Shown: positions 31,439 through 41,165, counted from the first letter of the stretch. The stretch is 64,000 nt of DNA from Tannerellaceae bacterium (GCA_051660585.1 JBOFPV010000059.1:16551-80550), one strand, 5' to 3'. The notes: generated by a model from the sequence alone, not told the origin. Translations and numbers: made by a program.

Positions 31439-32382
31439 AAGTCTTCCTCTATTTTATATTGATTTCGCGTTGGTGAGTTTCTGCTAATGAGTTCTCCAAC
31501 AAAGCCGGCAAGAAACAATTGTGTCCCAATTATCATAAACGTTAATGATAAGAAGAAATAAGGAGTTTCTGTTACAAGGCGGAATGGATTGTCACCCATC
31601 AAAGAGTAAAACTTGTATCCCAATACGATGACCAGAGCAATGAATCCGAGAATAAACATCAGACTACCCAGAAGGCCGAAGAAGTGCATTGGTTTTTTTC
31701 CAAACTTTGAAAGAAACCAAAGAGTGATTAGGTCAAGATATCCATTAACAAACCTGTCGATACCAAATTTTGTAGTTCCGTATTTGCGTGCTTGGTGAAG
31801 TACGGGCTTTTCTCCTATTTTATTAAAACCTGCAATCTTTGCTAAATAAGGGATGTAGCGATGCATGTCGTTATATACTTCGATATTCTTTACCACATCT
31901 TTTTTGTATGCTTTTAGTCCGCAGTTGAAATCATGTAGTTGAATGCCCGAAACCTTGCGTGCTGTAGCGTTGAAAAGCTTCGTCGGAATTGTTTTTGAAA
32001 GCGGATCATAGCGTTTCTTTTTCCATCCAGATACCAAGTCATAGCCATCTCGCATAATCATTTGATACAGTTCCGGAATTTCGTCCGGGCTGTCTTGCAA
32101 GTCGGCATCCATCGTAATGATGACATCTCCTTGAGCACGCTCAAATCCGCAATGAAGACCAGGAGATTTACCGTAGTTACGTCTGAATTTTACGGCTTTT
32201 ACATGTAATGATTTTTGTTGTAATTCTTTAATTACTTTCCACGAGTTGTCGGTACTTCCGTCGTTTATATAAATGATTTCATACGAAAAATGGTTCTCTT
32301 CCATTACTCGCTCTATCCAAGCGTTCAGTTCGGGAAGAGATTCTTCTTCGTTGTACAACGGAATTACAATAGATATATCCAT
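31435..32382 (-). CDS. GT2 polyprenyl-phosphate glycosyltransferase (DPM1/GtrB/ArnC-like)
   Basis: 315 aa. ISIVIPLYNEEE, DGSTD and MDADLQD motifs, plus two C-terminal TM helices. Confidence 0.88.
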   Translation of the reverse strand: MDISIVIPLYNEEESLPELNAWIERVMEENHFSYEIIYINDGSTDNSWKVIKELQQKSLHVKAVKFRRNYGKSPGLHCGFERAQGDVIITMDADLQDSPDEIPELYQMIMRDGYDLVSGWKKKRYDPLSKTIPTKLFNATARKVSGIQLHDFNCGLKAYKKDVVKNIEVYNDMHRYIPYLAKIAGFNKIGEKPVLHQARKYGTTKFGIDRFVNGYLDLITLWFLSKFGKKPMHFFGLLGSLMFILGFIALVIVLGYKFYSLMGDNPFRLVTETPYFFLSLTFMIIGTQLFLAGFVGELISRNSPTRNQYKIEEDL

Positions 32383-32390
32383 GTATTTAA

Positions 32391-32927
32391 TTAGTTTTCA
32401 TTATAGTTGTGGGCTTCCTTCGGTTCTCTTTTTACAAAGAAGGCTACAGGTATAGATAAAAGTATACCATAAAACACATTTGAAAAAATACCCTGAACAG
32501 CCATTGTGATAGGCGAATAGAAATGATGGTTTTCTACCGCTTTTAGAAACTCCGGATTGTCGGTTGCTTCTGTCATGATTTTAGTGGCTGTGTTCAGGCT
32601 GTTTGCGATAAAGTCTTCCGGTGCTACATATTTGTAGAATACGAAGTGAAGAAGCGATATCATAATGGCAGCGCATAAGTAGAGCATGATGCCAAAACGC
32701 CAAGCATGAAAGAATGAGATTTCTCCATGTCGGTGTTTGTCACGATAGTTTTTTGTGAGAAAAAAAGCTAGTACGGGTACTAGTAATGTTAAACCCCAGT
32801 AAAGAATAATTGCGCTGTTATATGTAAAAGACAGCATCATCAGTGGATATTTAGCAATCCAGTATGCACCGAAAATTGCACCGTAATGCATTGCATACTT
32901 TGTGAGTGAATGTGTATTTGTTTCCAT
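32391..32927 (-). CDS. DUF4199-like small membrane protein
   Basis: 178 aa, four TM segments. N-terminus (YAMHYGAIFGAYWI) and its position upstream of a GT2 gene fit the family. Confidence 0.65.
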   Translation of the reverse strand: METNTHSLTKYAMHYGAIFGAYWIAKYPLMMLSFTYNSAIILYWGLTLLVPVLAFFLTKNYRDKHRHGEISFFHAWRFGIMLYLCAAIMISLLHFVFYKYVAPEDFIANSLNTATKIMTEATDNPEFLKAVENHHFYSPITMAVQGIFSNVFYGILLSIPVAFFVKREPKEAHNYNEN

Positions 32928-32993
32928 GATGTTTGTGTTTTTAATATTGTAACAAACAAAAGTAAATTAATTTGCAGAATAAAGGTGAAAAAA

Positions 32994-33040
32994 GGGCAAA
33001 AAAAAAGAAGGAATCTTGATCGAATCAAGTTCCTTCTTTC
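32994..33040 (-). terminator. Terminator downstream of tRNA-Thr
   Basis: Hairpin gaaggaatcttgat / atcaagttccttc. The A9 run on the plus strand gives a T-run on the minus strand. Confidence 0.75.
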
Positions 33041-33042
33041 TG

Positions 33043-33116
33043 AGCCTCTTGTCGGATTCGAACCAACGACCCCGAGATTACAAATCACGTGCTCTGGCCA
33101 ACTGAGCTAAAGAGGC
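33043..33116 (-). tRNA. tRNA-Thr (anticodon UGU)
   Basis: Minus-strand sequence GCCTCTTTAGCTCAGTTGGCCAGAGCACGTGATTTGTAATCTCGGGGTCGTTGGTTCGAATCCGACAAGAGGCT folds as a cloverleaf. It has a 7-bp acceptor stem, GTTCGAATC T-loop and anticodon loop TTTGTAA. Confidence 0.9.
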
Positions 33117-33118
33117 AG

Positions 33119-33216
33119 GTGGGTAAGCTAACCACATCGCGCCGCTACGACTAACTACCCTTGCTGCGGTCAAGCCCTGGGGGATTTGTTAGGAGCATGC
33201 CGTGTAGCACTTACCC
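33119..33216 (-). ncRNA. ffs: Probable small bacterial SRP RNA (4.5S-like)
   Basis: The minus-strand RNA, about 96 nt, forms one long imperfect hairpin. Pairings are GGGTAAG/CTTACCC at the ends, CTAAC/GTTAG and CCC/GGG internally. The apex CAGG-GCTTGACCGC-AGCA resembles the SRP domain IV symmetric loop (AGG ... AGCA spaced 10 nt as in E. coli). It has its own -7 box. Not verified with a covariance model. Confidence 0.55.
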
Positions 33217-33221
33217 GAATG

Positions 33222-33229
33222 CAAAAGTA
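33222..33229 (-). promoter_or_regulatory. -7 box TACTTTTG (minus strand) for the SRP-like RNA / tRNA-Thr transcript
   Basis: Plus-strand caaaagta, ending about 6 nt upstream of the first paired base of the hairpin RNA. Confidence 0.5.
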
Positions 33230-33947
33230 GAAACTTTTTCCGAAACAGCAAGCGGTTCTAGTACTTTTTTTTCAATAATTTTGTAAATTGCTGATTTTCA
33301 ATAACTGTTTTGTGTGATTTTTTTGCGTTTATTTTTGAAGGCTTTAGCGTAGAGGTGGTAAATGTTGAATAAGCAGATCAAATTTGCATGAAGAAGCTTA
33401 ATAAAGCAGGAGTGAGTTGTCGGTGAAAATAGGTGTTGACGGGGTGATTGTGCTTGAGGGATATATACAATAAGCGTGTAAAGACGTGAAGGGATTATTT
33501 GATTTTTATTCATCTGATATAGAACTTGAGTAGAAATTAAAAGTATTTTCAGGATCAACCAAGCAAGGTTTTTATGCAAACTATGCTTGGTTTAACGAAG
33601 AAGTATGTGAGCTTTCTGTAAGAACCATACATGCTTTTTATTTAGAGTTTCCGTAAATGATGATTTCTGATCACATAAAAATAAAACCAAACAAGGTTCA
33701 ACGCAATGAGAGTTTAATATTCGAAGTTGGTTGAATATAGATACTCGAAAAATAGAACTAGCGGGAGATAAGTGTAGGGTTTGTTGATATGTATTAAATG
33801 TATTTGTAGCTTTTTTATTGGATCTCGATGTGATAGATATGGATTGAGGTTTTGCTATCAATCTAATTTTATTTACAATATGTATAGTGATTGCTTTGAT
33901 TGTGAAACTTGATGGTTTTCTAATCTATATAATTGTTACTTTTTTAT

Positions 33948-33955
33948 TATCTTTG
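33948..33955 (+). promoter_or_regulatory. -7 box TATCTTTG for the purF-like gene
   Basis: Matches TAnnTTTG, 35 nt upstream of the ATG at 33990. Confidence 0.5.
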
Positions 33956-33989
33956 CGACTCATGTTTCATATATAAAATATAAACAAAA

Positions 33990-35387
33990 ATGGGTGGTTT
34001 TTTCGGAACTATTTCAAACACAAAATGCGTAAATGATTTGTTTTACGGAACAGATTATAACTCTCACTTAGGTACTCGTCGCGGCGGTCTTGTAACCCTG
34101 CACGATGGGGCATTTAATCGCTCAATTCACAACCTTGAGAACTCATACTTCAGATCTAAGTTCGAAGATGAACTAGACAAGTTTGAAGGAAATTCAGGGA
34201 TAGGGGTGATTAGTGATACCGACCCACAACCAATCTGTATCAACTCACACCTTGGCAAGTTTGCGATTGTGACTGTCGCAAAAGTAAACAATGCGAAAGA
34301 GTTGGAGCAGGAATTGATAAATGAGGGTAAACACTTTTCAGAATTAAGTTCCGAGCATAGTACTGAACTTATCGCACTGCTTATTACGCAGGGAAAAACA
34401 TTTGTAGAGGGCATCGAAAATGTCTATAATAAAATTAAGGGGTCTTGTTCCATGTTGCTGCTTACCGAAGACGGAATTATTGCGGCGAGAGATAAAATGG
34501 GCAGGACCCCTATTATTTTGGGCAAAAAAGAAGGAGCATGGGCTGCGTCAAGTGAACCTGCAAGTTTTCCGAATCTTGGTTACGAGCTTGAATATAACGT
34601 AGGACCAGGTGAAATAGTGCATCTTACTTCGGAGACAATGACTCAATTGCGTGAGCCGAATAAGAAAATGCAAGTGTGTTCTTTCCTTTGGGTTTATTAT
34701 GGTTTTCCTGTTTCAGACTATGAGGGGGTTAACGTAGATGCTGCTCGTTATGCCAGTGGTATGGCAATGGCTAAAGAAGATGATGTGGTTGCAGACTTCG
34801 TATCAGGTATTCCTGATTCAGGTATTGGTATGGCGCTTGGTTATGCCGAAGGAAAACAAATCCCATATCGTCGTGCTATCGTAAAGTATACACCTACATG
34901 GCCTCGTAGTTTTACACCGAGCAATCAGTCGGTACGTGAGTTTATTGCGAAAATGAAATTAATTCCAAATAAGCAGTTGCTTAATGGAAAAAGAGTTGTA
35001 TTTTGCGATGATTCAATTGTACGCGGAACACAGCTTCGCGACAATGTAAATATCTTATATAGCTATGGAGCAAAAGAGGTACACATGCGTACGGGATGTC
35101 CTCCTATATTATATGCATGTCCGTTTATCGGCTTCTCTGCTTCTAAATCAGAACTAGAATTAATCTCTCGCCGTATTGTCAAAGAGATTGAAGGTGATGA
35201 TAAAAAGGATTTGGAGAAATATGCAACAACCAATTCTCCGCAATATTGCCAAATGGTTGAGTGTATTCGAAAAAAACTTAATATTACAACACTTAAATTC
35301 AATACTGTTGAGAATCTTGTTCAAGCTATAGGACTTCCGAAAGAACAGATTTGTACACACTGTTACGACGGAACAGGAGAATTCTAA
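33990..35387 (+). CDS. Amidophosphoribosyltransferase-family protein (PurF-like), N-terminus MGGFFG
   Basis: 465 aa. Ntn-amidotransferase-like N-terminal half and a PRTase-type C-terminal half (VVFCDDSIVRGTQL), with candidate Fe-S Cys residues (VCSF, ACPF, CTHC). Gly replaces the canonical Cys after Met1. Confidence 0.8.
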   Translation: MGGFFGTISNTKCVNDLFYGTDYNSHLGTRRGGLVTLHDGAFNRSIHNLENSYFRSKFEDELDKFEGNSGIGVISDTDPQPICINSHLGKFAIVTVAKVNNAKELEQELINEGKHFSELSSEHSTELIALLITQGKTFVEGIENVYNKIKGSCSMLLLTEDGIIAARDKMGRTPIILGKKEGAWAASSEPASFPNLGYELEYNVGPGEIVHLTSETMTQLREPNKKMQVCSFLWVYYGFPVSDYEGVNVDAARYASGMAMAKEDDVVADFVSGIPDSGIGMALGYAEGKQIPYRRAIVKYTPTWPRSFTPSNQSVREFIAKMKLIPNKQLLNGKRVVFCDDSIVRGTQLRDNVNILYSYGAKEVHMRTGCPPILYACPFIGFSASKSELELISRRIVKEIEGDDKKDLEKYATTNSPQYCQMVECIRKKLNITTLKFNTVENLVQAIGLPKEQICTHCYDGTGEF

Positions 35388-35405
35388 TTATAAAAAGATA
35401 TAGTT

Positions 35406-36629
35406 ATGAACGTAGTTGATCGTTTCCTAAAGTATGTTTCTTTCGACACAGAGGCGAAAGAAGGAACCGGAACTACACCAAGTACACCCGGCCAACTCGT
35501 GTTGGCCGCGGAATTGGTGAAAGAGTTAGAGACTATCGGTCTCGAGGATATTTCTCTTGATGAGAATGGCTATGTAATGGCCACGCTTCCGGCTAATAAT
35601 GATGATGACACAACACCAACCATTGGTTTTATCGCTCACATGGATACAAGTCCCGATATGTCGGGTAAAGATGTAAAGCCTCGTATAGTAAAATATGAAG
35701 GTGGAGATATCATCTTAAATGAAGAGCATAAAGTAATCCTTTCTCCAAGTCAATTCCCTGAATTGGAAGACTACATGGGGCAAGAGTTGATTGTAACAGA
35801 TGGTACAACATTGCTTGGAGCAGATGATAAGGCAGGTATTGCTGCTATCGTAGGTGCAGTCGCTTACTTGAAAGAACATCCAGAAATCAAACATGGAAAA
35901 ATAAGAATCGGTTTCACTCCTGATGAAGAAATTGGTCAGGGAGCTGATCATTTTGATGTTGCTAAATTTGGATGTGACTGGGCATATACGATAGATGGAG
36001 GTCAGATCGGTGAGCTTGAATATGAAAACTTCAATGCAGCTATTGCAAAGATTACATTCAAAGGTCGTAATGTGCACCCTGGATATGCAAAGAACAAAAT
36101 GATCAATGCTTGTCATCTTGCTACAGAATTTGATGCGTGGATGCCTTCAGAAGAAAAACCGGAACATACTGAAAAGTATGAAGGCTTCTTTCACTTGGTA
36201 GGAATGTCAGGAACTGTAGAAGAGGCTTCTTTAACTTATATCATTCGCGATCACGACAGAACGTTGTTTGCTGAGCGTAAAATGACGATTAAAGACCTTG
36301 TTAAAGATATGAACGAGAAGTATGAAGGTTGTGCTTCGGTTGAGATTCGTGATCAGTACTTTAATATGCGTGAGATAGTTGAGCCTCGTAAAGAGATAAT
36401 CAATTTTGCGCACGATGCAATGCTTCAAGTAGGAGTAGCTCCATTGATTAAGCCAATTAGAGGTGGAACAGACGGCTCTCGTTTGTCATTTATGGGATTG
36501 CCTTGTCCAAACATCTTTGCAGGTGGCCATAACTTTCATGGACGATATGAGTTTCTTCCGATTCCATCCTTGAAAAAGGCTATGGAAACGATAGTGAAGA
36601 TTGCTGAGCTTGTTGACAAAAAAGACTAA
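35406..36629 (+). CDS. pepT: Peptidase T (M20B tripeptidase)
   Basis: 407 aa. [11 protein letters not shown]-terminus, HMDTSPD, GADDKAG, and the pepT-typical GGTDGS. Confidence 0.92.
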   Translation: MNVVDRFLKYVSFDTEAKEGTGTTPSTPGQLVLAAELVKELETIGLEDISLDENGYVMATLPANNDDDTTPTIGFIAHMDTSPDMSGKDVKPRIVKYEGGDIILNEEHKVILSPSQFPELEDYMGQELIVTDGTTLLGADDKAGIAAIVGAVAYLKEHPEIKHGKIRIGFTPDEEIGQGADHFDVAKFGCDWAYTIDGGQIGELEYENFNAAIAKITFKGRNVHPGYAKNKMINACHLATEFDAWMPSEEKPEHTEKYEGFFHLVGMSGTVEEASLTYIIRDHDRTLFAERKMTIKDLVKDMNEKYEGCASVEIRDQYFNMREIVEPRKEIINFAHDAMLQVGVAPLIKPIRGGTDGSRLSFMGLPCPNIFAGGHNFHGRYEFLPIPSLKKAMETIVKIAELVDKKD

Positions 36630-36661
36630 TCATACTAATATTTATTTCACGATTTAATATT

Positions 36662-37747
36662 ATGAAGACTACACCATTTACTGAAACGCATGAAGCATTA
36701 GGTGCTAAAATGCATGAATTTGCTGGCTATAATATGCCGATTGAATACACAGGAATTATTGATGAGCACATGGCTGTTTGTAATTCCGTTGGTGTGTTTG
36801 ATGTATCGCATATGGGCGAGTTTTGGGTGAAAGGACCGCATGCATTGCCTTTTTTGCAAAAGATCACTTCGAATGATGTCTCGACGTTATCGATAGGAAA
36901 AGCGCAATATACTTGTTTTCCCAATGATAATGGAGGGATTGTTGATGATCTGCTAGTGTATCATTTTGAGCCCGAAAAGTATATGCTTGTTGTAAACGCC
37001 GCAAACATAGAGAAGGATTGGAATTGGTGTGTTAGTAAAAATACAGAAGGTGCTGTTTTGGAGAATGCTTCAGATCAGATTGGACAATTGGCAATACAAG
37101 GACCTAAAGCTATAGAAGTATTGCAAAAACTGACCTCTGTCGATTTATCAACCATTCCTTACTATTCCTTTGTTGTTGGTCCAATGGCCGGTATTCCAGA
37201 GGTTATTATATCTAATACAGGTTATACGGGTGCCGGAGGTTTTGAATTGTATTTTTATAATCATGACGGAAAGGCTATTTGGGATGCCGTATTTGAAGCA
37301 GGGGAGGAGTTTGGTATCAAGCCTATAGGGTTAGGTGCTCGAGATACGCTTCGCCTCGAAATGGGATATTGCTTGTACGGAAATGATATCGACGATACTA
37401 CATCTCCTATAGAAGCCGGACTTGGATGGATTACAAAGTTTAAAGATGGAAAAGATTTTTCATCTCGGTCTATCTTTGAGGGTCAGAAGAAAAATGGTGT
37501 AGAGAAAAAATTAATAGGTTTTGAAATCGTTGATAAGGGGATACCTCGTCATGGGTATGATATTGTCAATGAGGCCGAACAAGTAATAGGTCGTGTTACA
37601 TCTGGAACAATTTCTCCAACAACAAAGAAGGGGATTGGACTAGCATATGTAGAAAGTAAATATGCTAATCAAGGAGAACAATTCTTTGTGAAGATTCGAA
37701 ATAAGAATATTAAAGCCGAAGTTGTAAAGCCTCCTTTCAGGAAATAA
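36662..37747 (+). CDS. gcvT: Glycine cleavage system aminomethyltransferase
   Basis: 361 aa. [18 protein letters not shown] and GARDTLRLE motifs. Confidence 0.93.
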   Translation: MKTTPFTETHEALGAKMHEFAGYNMPIEYTGIIDEHMAVCNSVGVFDVSHMGEFWVKGPHALPFLQKITSNDVSTLSIGKAQYTCFPNDNGGIVDDLLVYHFEPEKYMLVVNAANIEKDWNWCVSKNTEGAVLENASDQIGQLAIQGPKAIEVLQKLTSVDLSTIPYYSFVVGPMAGIPEVIISNTGYTGAGGFELYFYNHDGKAIWDAVFEAGEEFGIKPIGLGARDTLRLEMGYCLYGNDIDDTTSPIEAGLGWITKFKDGKDFSSRSIFEGQKKNGVEKKLIGFEIVDKGIPRHGYDIVNEAEQVIGRVTSGTISPTTKKGIGLAYVESKYANQGEQFFVKIRNKNIKAEVVKPPFRK

Positions 37748-37771
37748 CAAGTACATAAATAAAAAGAGCTG

Positions 37772-37817
37772 AAGCCTCAAGATGCGTTATAAATAGACGT
37801 TTCTTGAGGCTTTTTTG
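37772..37817 (+). terminator. Terminator after gcvT
   Basis: 11-bp stem aagcctcaaga / tcttgaggctt followed by TTTT. Confidence 0.75.
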
Positions 37818-37919
37818 TGAAAATCGGGAAAAACAAACAGAATAAAGTTATAATATTGAAATGTAAGCAACATCAACCACATCCTTTCTTGTTATGAAAG
37901 AAATACTTAATAAATAAAT

Positions 37920-38612
37920 ATGATACATAAACTGATTCTTTTACGTCACGGAGAAAGTGTTTGGAATAAGGAGAATAAATTTACAGGATGGACTGATGTC
38001 GATTTGTCAGAAAATGGAATAACTGAGGCCAAACAAGCCGGATATTTTCTTCGTCAGGCAGGGCTTAAATTTGATGTGTCTTTTACTTCTGTGTTGAAAC
38101 GTTCGATAAAGACGCAATATTATCTCGCAGATAAAATGAATTTGTTGTCTGAGCCAGTAATAAAGTCTTGGCGACTAAATGAACGTCATTATGGGGCTCT
38201 GCAAGGATTGAATAAAGCAGAGACAGCACAGAAGTATGGCGATGAGCAAGTGAAAATATGGCGAAGAAGCTTTGATGTTGTACCTCCACTACTTGATGCA
38301 AATGATCCTCGCTCTCCATTACATGATCCATTGTATGCATTAGTTGCTCCAGAGGCTTTACCTTTGGGTGAATCTTTAGAGCTAACAATACGTCGGGTAC
38401 TTCCTTTATGGGAAGATGAGATTGCAGCCTCTCTTTTGCAGGGCAATATTGTATTAGTTGTTGCACATGGAAATAGCTTACGTGCTTTAATTAAGCATTT
38501 GGATAATATTAGTGATAATGATATTGTTAATTTAGAGATACCAACGGGTAAGCCATTGGTTTATGAACTGAATGAGGACCTTCATCCAATCAAACATTAT
38601 TATCTTGAATAA
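37920..38612 (+). CDS. gpmA: 2,3-bisphosphoglycerate-dependent phosphoglycerate mutase
   Basis: 230 aa. [23 protein letters not shown] and [11 protein letters not shown] motifs. Confidence 0.92.
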   Translation: MIHKLILLRHGESVWNKENKFTGWTDVDLSENGITEAKQAGYFLRQAGLKFDVSFTSVLKRSIKTQYYLADKMNLLSEPVIKSWRLNERHYGALQGLNKAETAQKYGDEQVKIWRRSFDVVPPLLDANDPRSPLHDPLYALVAPEALPLGESLELTIRRVLPLWEDEIAASLLQGNIVLVVAHGNSLRALIKHLDNISDNDIVNLEIPTGKPLVYELNEDLHPIKHYYLE

Positions 38613-38703
38613 TTAGTCTTTTGATAAGGTGTTGGTTATAAGTTGTGTGTGTGTTATTGGGTAAAAAAGTGTCTATAATGTTTGCGTATTGATAAAATTT
38701 AGC

Positions 38704-38711
38704 TACCTTTG
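38704..38711 (+). promoter_or_regulatory. -7 box TACCTTTG upstream of tRNA-Ser
   Basis: Matches TAnnTTTG, 46 nt upstream of the tRNA 5' end. Confidence 0.45.
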
Positions 38712-38756
38712 CAATGCAATCGAGAGAAAACGATAGCAGAACGGTAAGTTCTTTTT

Positions 38757-38841
38757 GGAGAGGTGGCAGAGTGGTCGATTGCGGCGGTCTTGAAAACCGT
38801 TGTACTGCGAGGTACCGGGGGTTCGAATCCCTCCCTCTCCG
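38757..38841 (+). tRNA. tRNA-Ser (anticodon UGA), class II with a long variable arm
   Basis: GGAGAGGTGGCAGAGTGGTCGATTGCGGCGGTCTTGAAAACCGTTGTACTGCGAGGTACCGGGGGTTCGAATCCCTCCCTCTCCG. It has a 7-bp acceptor stem, anticodon loop CTTGAAA and a GTTCGAATC T-loop. Confidence 0.92.
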
Positions 38842-38845
38842 CTGA

Positions 38846-38885
38846 AAAGCTCTAGAAGTATAACTTCTAGAGCTTTCTTGTTTTT
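38846..38885. terminator. Terminator after tRNA-Ser, shared with the convergent gene
   Basis: 13-14-bp stem aaagctctagaagt / cttctagagcttt followed by cttgttttt. Confidence 0.8.
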
Positions 38886-38887
38886 AC

Positions 38888-39472
38888 TTAGAATTGAAAG
38901 AAGAAGCCAATATTCGTAGCTGTGTATATTTTGTCCTTGCCTTCATTGAAGTGTCCTTCAAAATCTAATTGAATGCTCACCCTGTTGCTTAATGGATAAG
39001 AAATTCCAGCATTATACCAACCTAGAGTCCAGTGTTTAGCTCTAAAGTCATACGTAATATTACTCAATAAGTATAGACTAAAAGGAACCTCTTTTGATAC
39101 CTCTGCCCAGTTAAAGCCGTATTGCCAACGTGTACGGAAGCCTTGTCCTTTGTCAAACGAATAACTAAGACCTGGGCCAGTAAAGAATCCAAAGTTTTTA
39201 GTGAATGGGACAAAATAACTATACCAGAAAGTACCCTCCTTAATTTGCCCTAAAATAATTTCAGGTTTTATTGCTCCATTCTTATGAACTGCAATCATAT
39301 CTGTGAAAAATAAAGCTTTTTCACCTAAAAGACGAACGACAGCAGTGTGTTTATAAGTCTTTTCATGTGAAGTCATCAAATTGTTGTTATGATGAATGAA
39401 GTCTTCATTTTGTTGTGCATGAATAGTTGTAAACATGCAAAGTAGTATTAGCACAATTGAAAATCGTTTCAT
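38888..39472 (-). CDS. Hypothetical secreted protein, possibly a small outer-membrane beta-barrel
   Basis: Signal peptide MKRFSIVLILLCMFTTIHA, alternating aromatic/Gly-rich strands, and a C-terminal NIGFFFQF. ATG at 39472 preferred over the tracked 39535. Confidence 0.55.
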   Translation of the reverse strand: MKRFSIVLILLCMFTTIHAQQNEDFIHHNNNLMTSHEKTYKHTAVVRLLGEKALFFTDMIAVHKNGAIKPEIILGQIKEGTFWYSYFVPFTKNFGFFTGPGLSYSFDKGQGFRTRWQYGFNWAEVSKEVPFSLYLLSNITYDFRAKHWTLGWYNAGISYPLSNRVSIQLDFEGHFNEGKDKIYTATNIGFFFQF

Positions 39473-39731
39473 AAGCCTGTTGTATTGATTTTGTTTAGAT
39501 TGTATGTTATGAACTCTTAGTTCTTCATATATCAAGTGAGTTTAGCTATTTGTTTTAGTTGTTGGATAAGATTATGGTAAAATGCTGTAATTTATACTCG
39601 AAATTGTTTATGTATTTATTTTTGATTAAAATAATTCTCATTATTTCATCTAATGTGTATACTTTGTTCTTGATTGTTTTTTACTTTTACAACATTGAAA
39701 CAGAATTATAACCTTAAAATTATTGATTACT

Positions 39732-41108
39732 ATGAAGACTAAGAATTTGCTTTGCTTAGCTCTATTGGGGTTTTCATCTTTCTCATTTGCCGCAGATGGA
39801 TGGAAAACGTTATTTAATGGAAAAGACCTTTCTGGTTTTACACAGCTAAATGGGAAGGCGCCTTTTTTTGTTAAAGATGGGTGTCTTGTTGGGAAATCTG
39901 TGAAAGGGGAGCCGAATAGCTTTTTAGCAACAACCGAAATTTACAAAGATTTCATTTTAGAGTTTGAAGTGAAGTGTGATACATCTCTTAATTCGGGTGT
40001 GCAATTTAGAAGTGAGTCATTGCCAACTTATCAGAATGGGCGGGTTCATGGTTACCAGTGTGAAATTGATCCATCGGATCGAGCTTGGAGTGGAGGTGTT
40101 TATGATGAAGCGCGACGAGGTTGGTTGGCTTCGCTAGAGAATAACACAGAAGGACAGCAAGCTTATAAAAAGCATGGCTGGAACAAATACAGAATAGAGG
40201 CTTTAGGAGATATGATCCGAATTTGGCTTAATGGAGTTAATACAGCAAACTTATACGATAATGAAACGCCAGAAGGGTTTATCGCATTTCAGGTGCATGG
40301 TATAGGTAATTCGAAACCATGGCAAGAAGGAAAAGAGATTCAATGGCGTAATATTCGAATCAAAACAGAAAAAGTAGCATCTAATTTAAAAAAAGGGAAG
40401 TTGGCTGAATCTGTAAATAAAGTACCGAATACGCTTTCTGATGAAGAGATAGCACAAGGCTGGATGTTATTATTTGATGGTAAATCTACGCAGGGTTGGA
40501 GAGGAGCACATAGAGATGTGTTTCCAGAGTTTGGTTGGCAAGTTAAAGACGGTGTTTTATCTGTGCAAAAGTCAGACGGAGGGGAGTCTACAAATGGAGG
40601 TGATATTGTATATGATAAAGACTTGAAAGCTTTTGAATTGAAGCTAGATTTTAAAATAACAGAAGGCGCCAATAGTGGTATAAAGTACTTTGTTACAGAA
40701 AAAGAAAAGCAAAAAGGATCGGCTTTCGGTTTAGAGTATCAGATATTGGATGATGTAAAACACCCCGATGCTAAGCTTTTTACTTCGTATGAAGGCAGCC
40801 GGACTTTAGCGAGTTTGTATGATTTGAAAAAAGCAACTGGCAAACGATTTAATGGTGTAGGTAAATGGAACGAAGCACGAATCATTGTGTATCCAGACAA
40901 TAGGGTAGAGCATTGGTTAAATGGGTTTAAGGTATTAGAGTATACAAGAGGATCAGAGGATTATCGTAAACTGGTGCAAGGAAGCAAATATGCTGCATCA
41001 AACTACAATGAGGCAGGATTATTCGGAGAAGCTAAAGAAGGAAGAATTCTTTTGCAAGATCATGGAGATGAAGTGTCTTTCCGTAATATTAAATTGAGAG
41101 AATTGTAG
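39732..41108 (+). CDS. Secreted protein with two tandem DUF1080 (3-keto-disaccharide hydrolase-like) domains
   Basis: Signal peptide. The repeated motif GW..LFNGK.L.G(F/W) occurs twice (GWKTLFNGKDLSGF; GWMLLFDGKSTQGW), and each module ends with ..FRNI.(I/L). Confidence 0.8.
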   Translation: MKTKNLLCLALLGFSSFSFAADGWKTLFNGKDLSGFTQLNGKAPFFVKDGCLVGKSVKGEPNSFLATTEIYKDFILEFEVKCDTSLNSGVQFRSESLPTYQNGRVHGYQCEIDPSDRAWSGGVYDEARRGWLASLENNTEGQQAYKKHGWNKYRIEALGDMIRIWLNGVNTANLYDNETPEGFIAFQVHGIGNSKPWQEGKEIQWRNIRIKTEKVASNLKKGKLAESVNKVPNTLSDEEIAQGWMLLFDGKSTQGWRGAHRDVFPEFGWQVKDGVLSVQKSDGGESTNGGDIVYDKDLKAFELKLDFKITEGANSGIKYFVTEKEKQKGSAFGLEYQILDDVKHPDAKLFTSYEGSRTLASLYDLKKATGKRFNGVGKWNEARIIVYPDNRVEHWLNGFKVLEYTRGSEDYRKLVQGSKYAASNYNEAGLFGEAKEGRILLQDHGDEVSFRNIKLREL

Positions 41109-41165
41109 TGACTTGTTGTACCTTAATTGATCGTTTTTTTTTAATACAAATACTTATTTAGAGAG

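Noticed and set aside
32994-33120. tRNA-Thr (and tRNA-Ser at 38757-38841) as integration sites of genomic islands.
   Set aside because: No integrase, excisionase or mobility gene sits next to either tRNA. I saw no duplicated tRNA 3' fragment, and the neighbouring genes are ordinary housekeeping or membrane genes.
36630-36661. Glycine riboswitch upstream of gcvT.
   Set aside because: The pepT-gcvT spacer is only 32 nt, so gcvT is evidently co-transcribed with pepT.
38643-38654. Short (TG)n microsatellite between gpmA and tRNA-Ser as a possible phase-variation tract.
   Set aside because: It has only about 5-6 repeat units, lies outside any coding region and is more than 45 nt upstream of the tRNA promoter box, so no plausible switch target exists.
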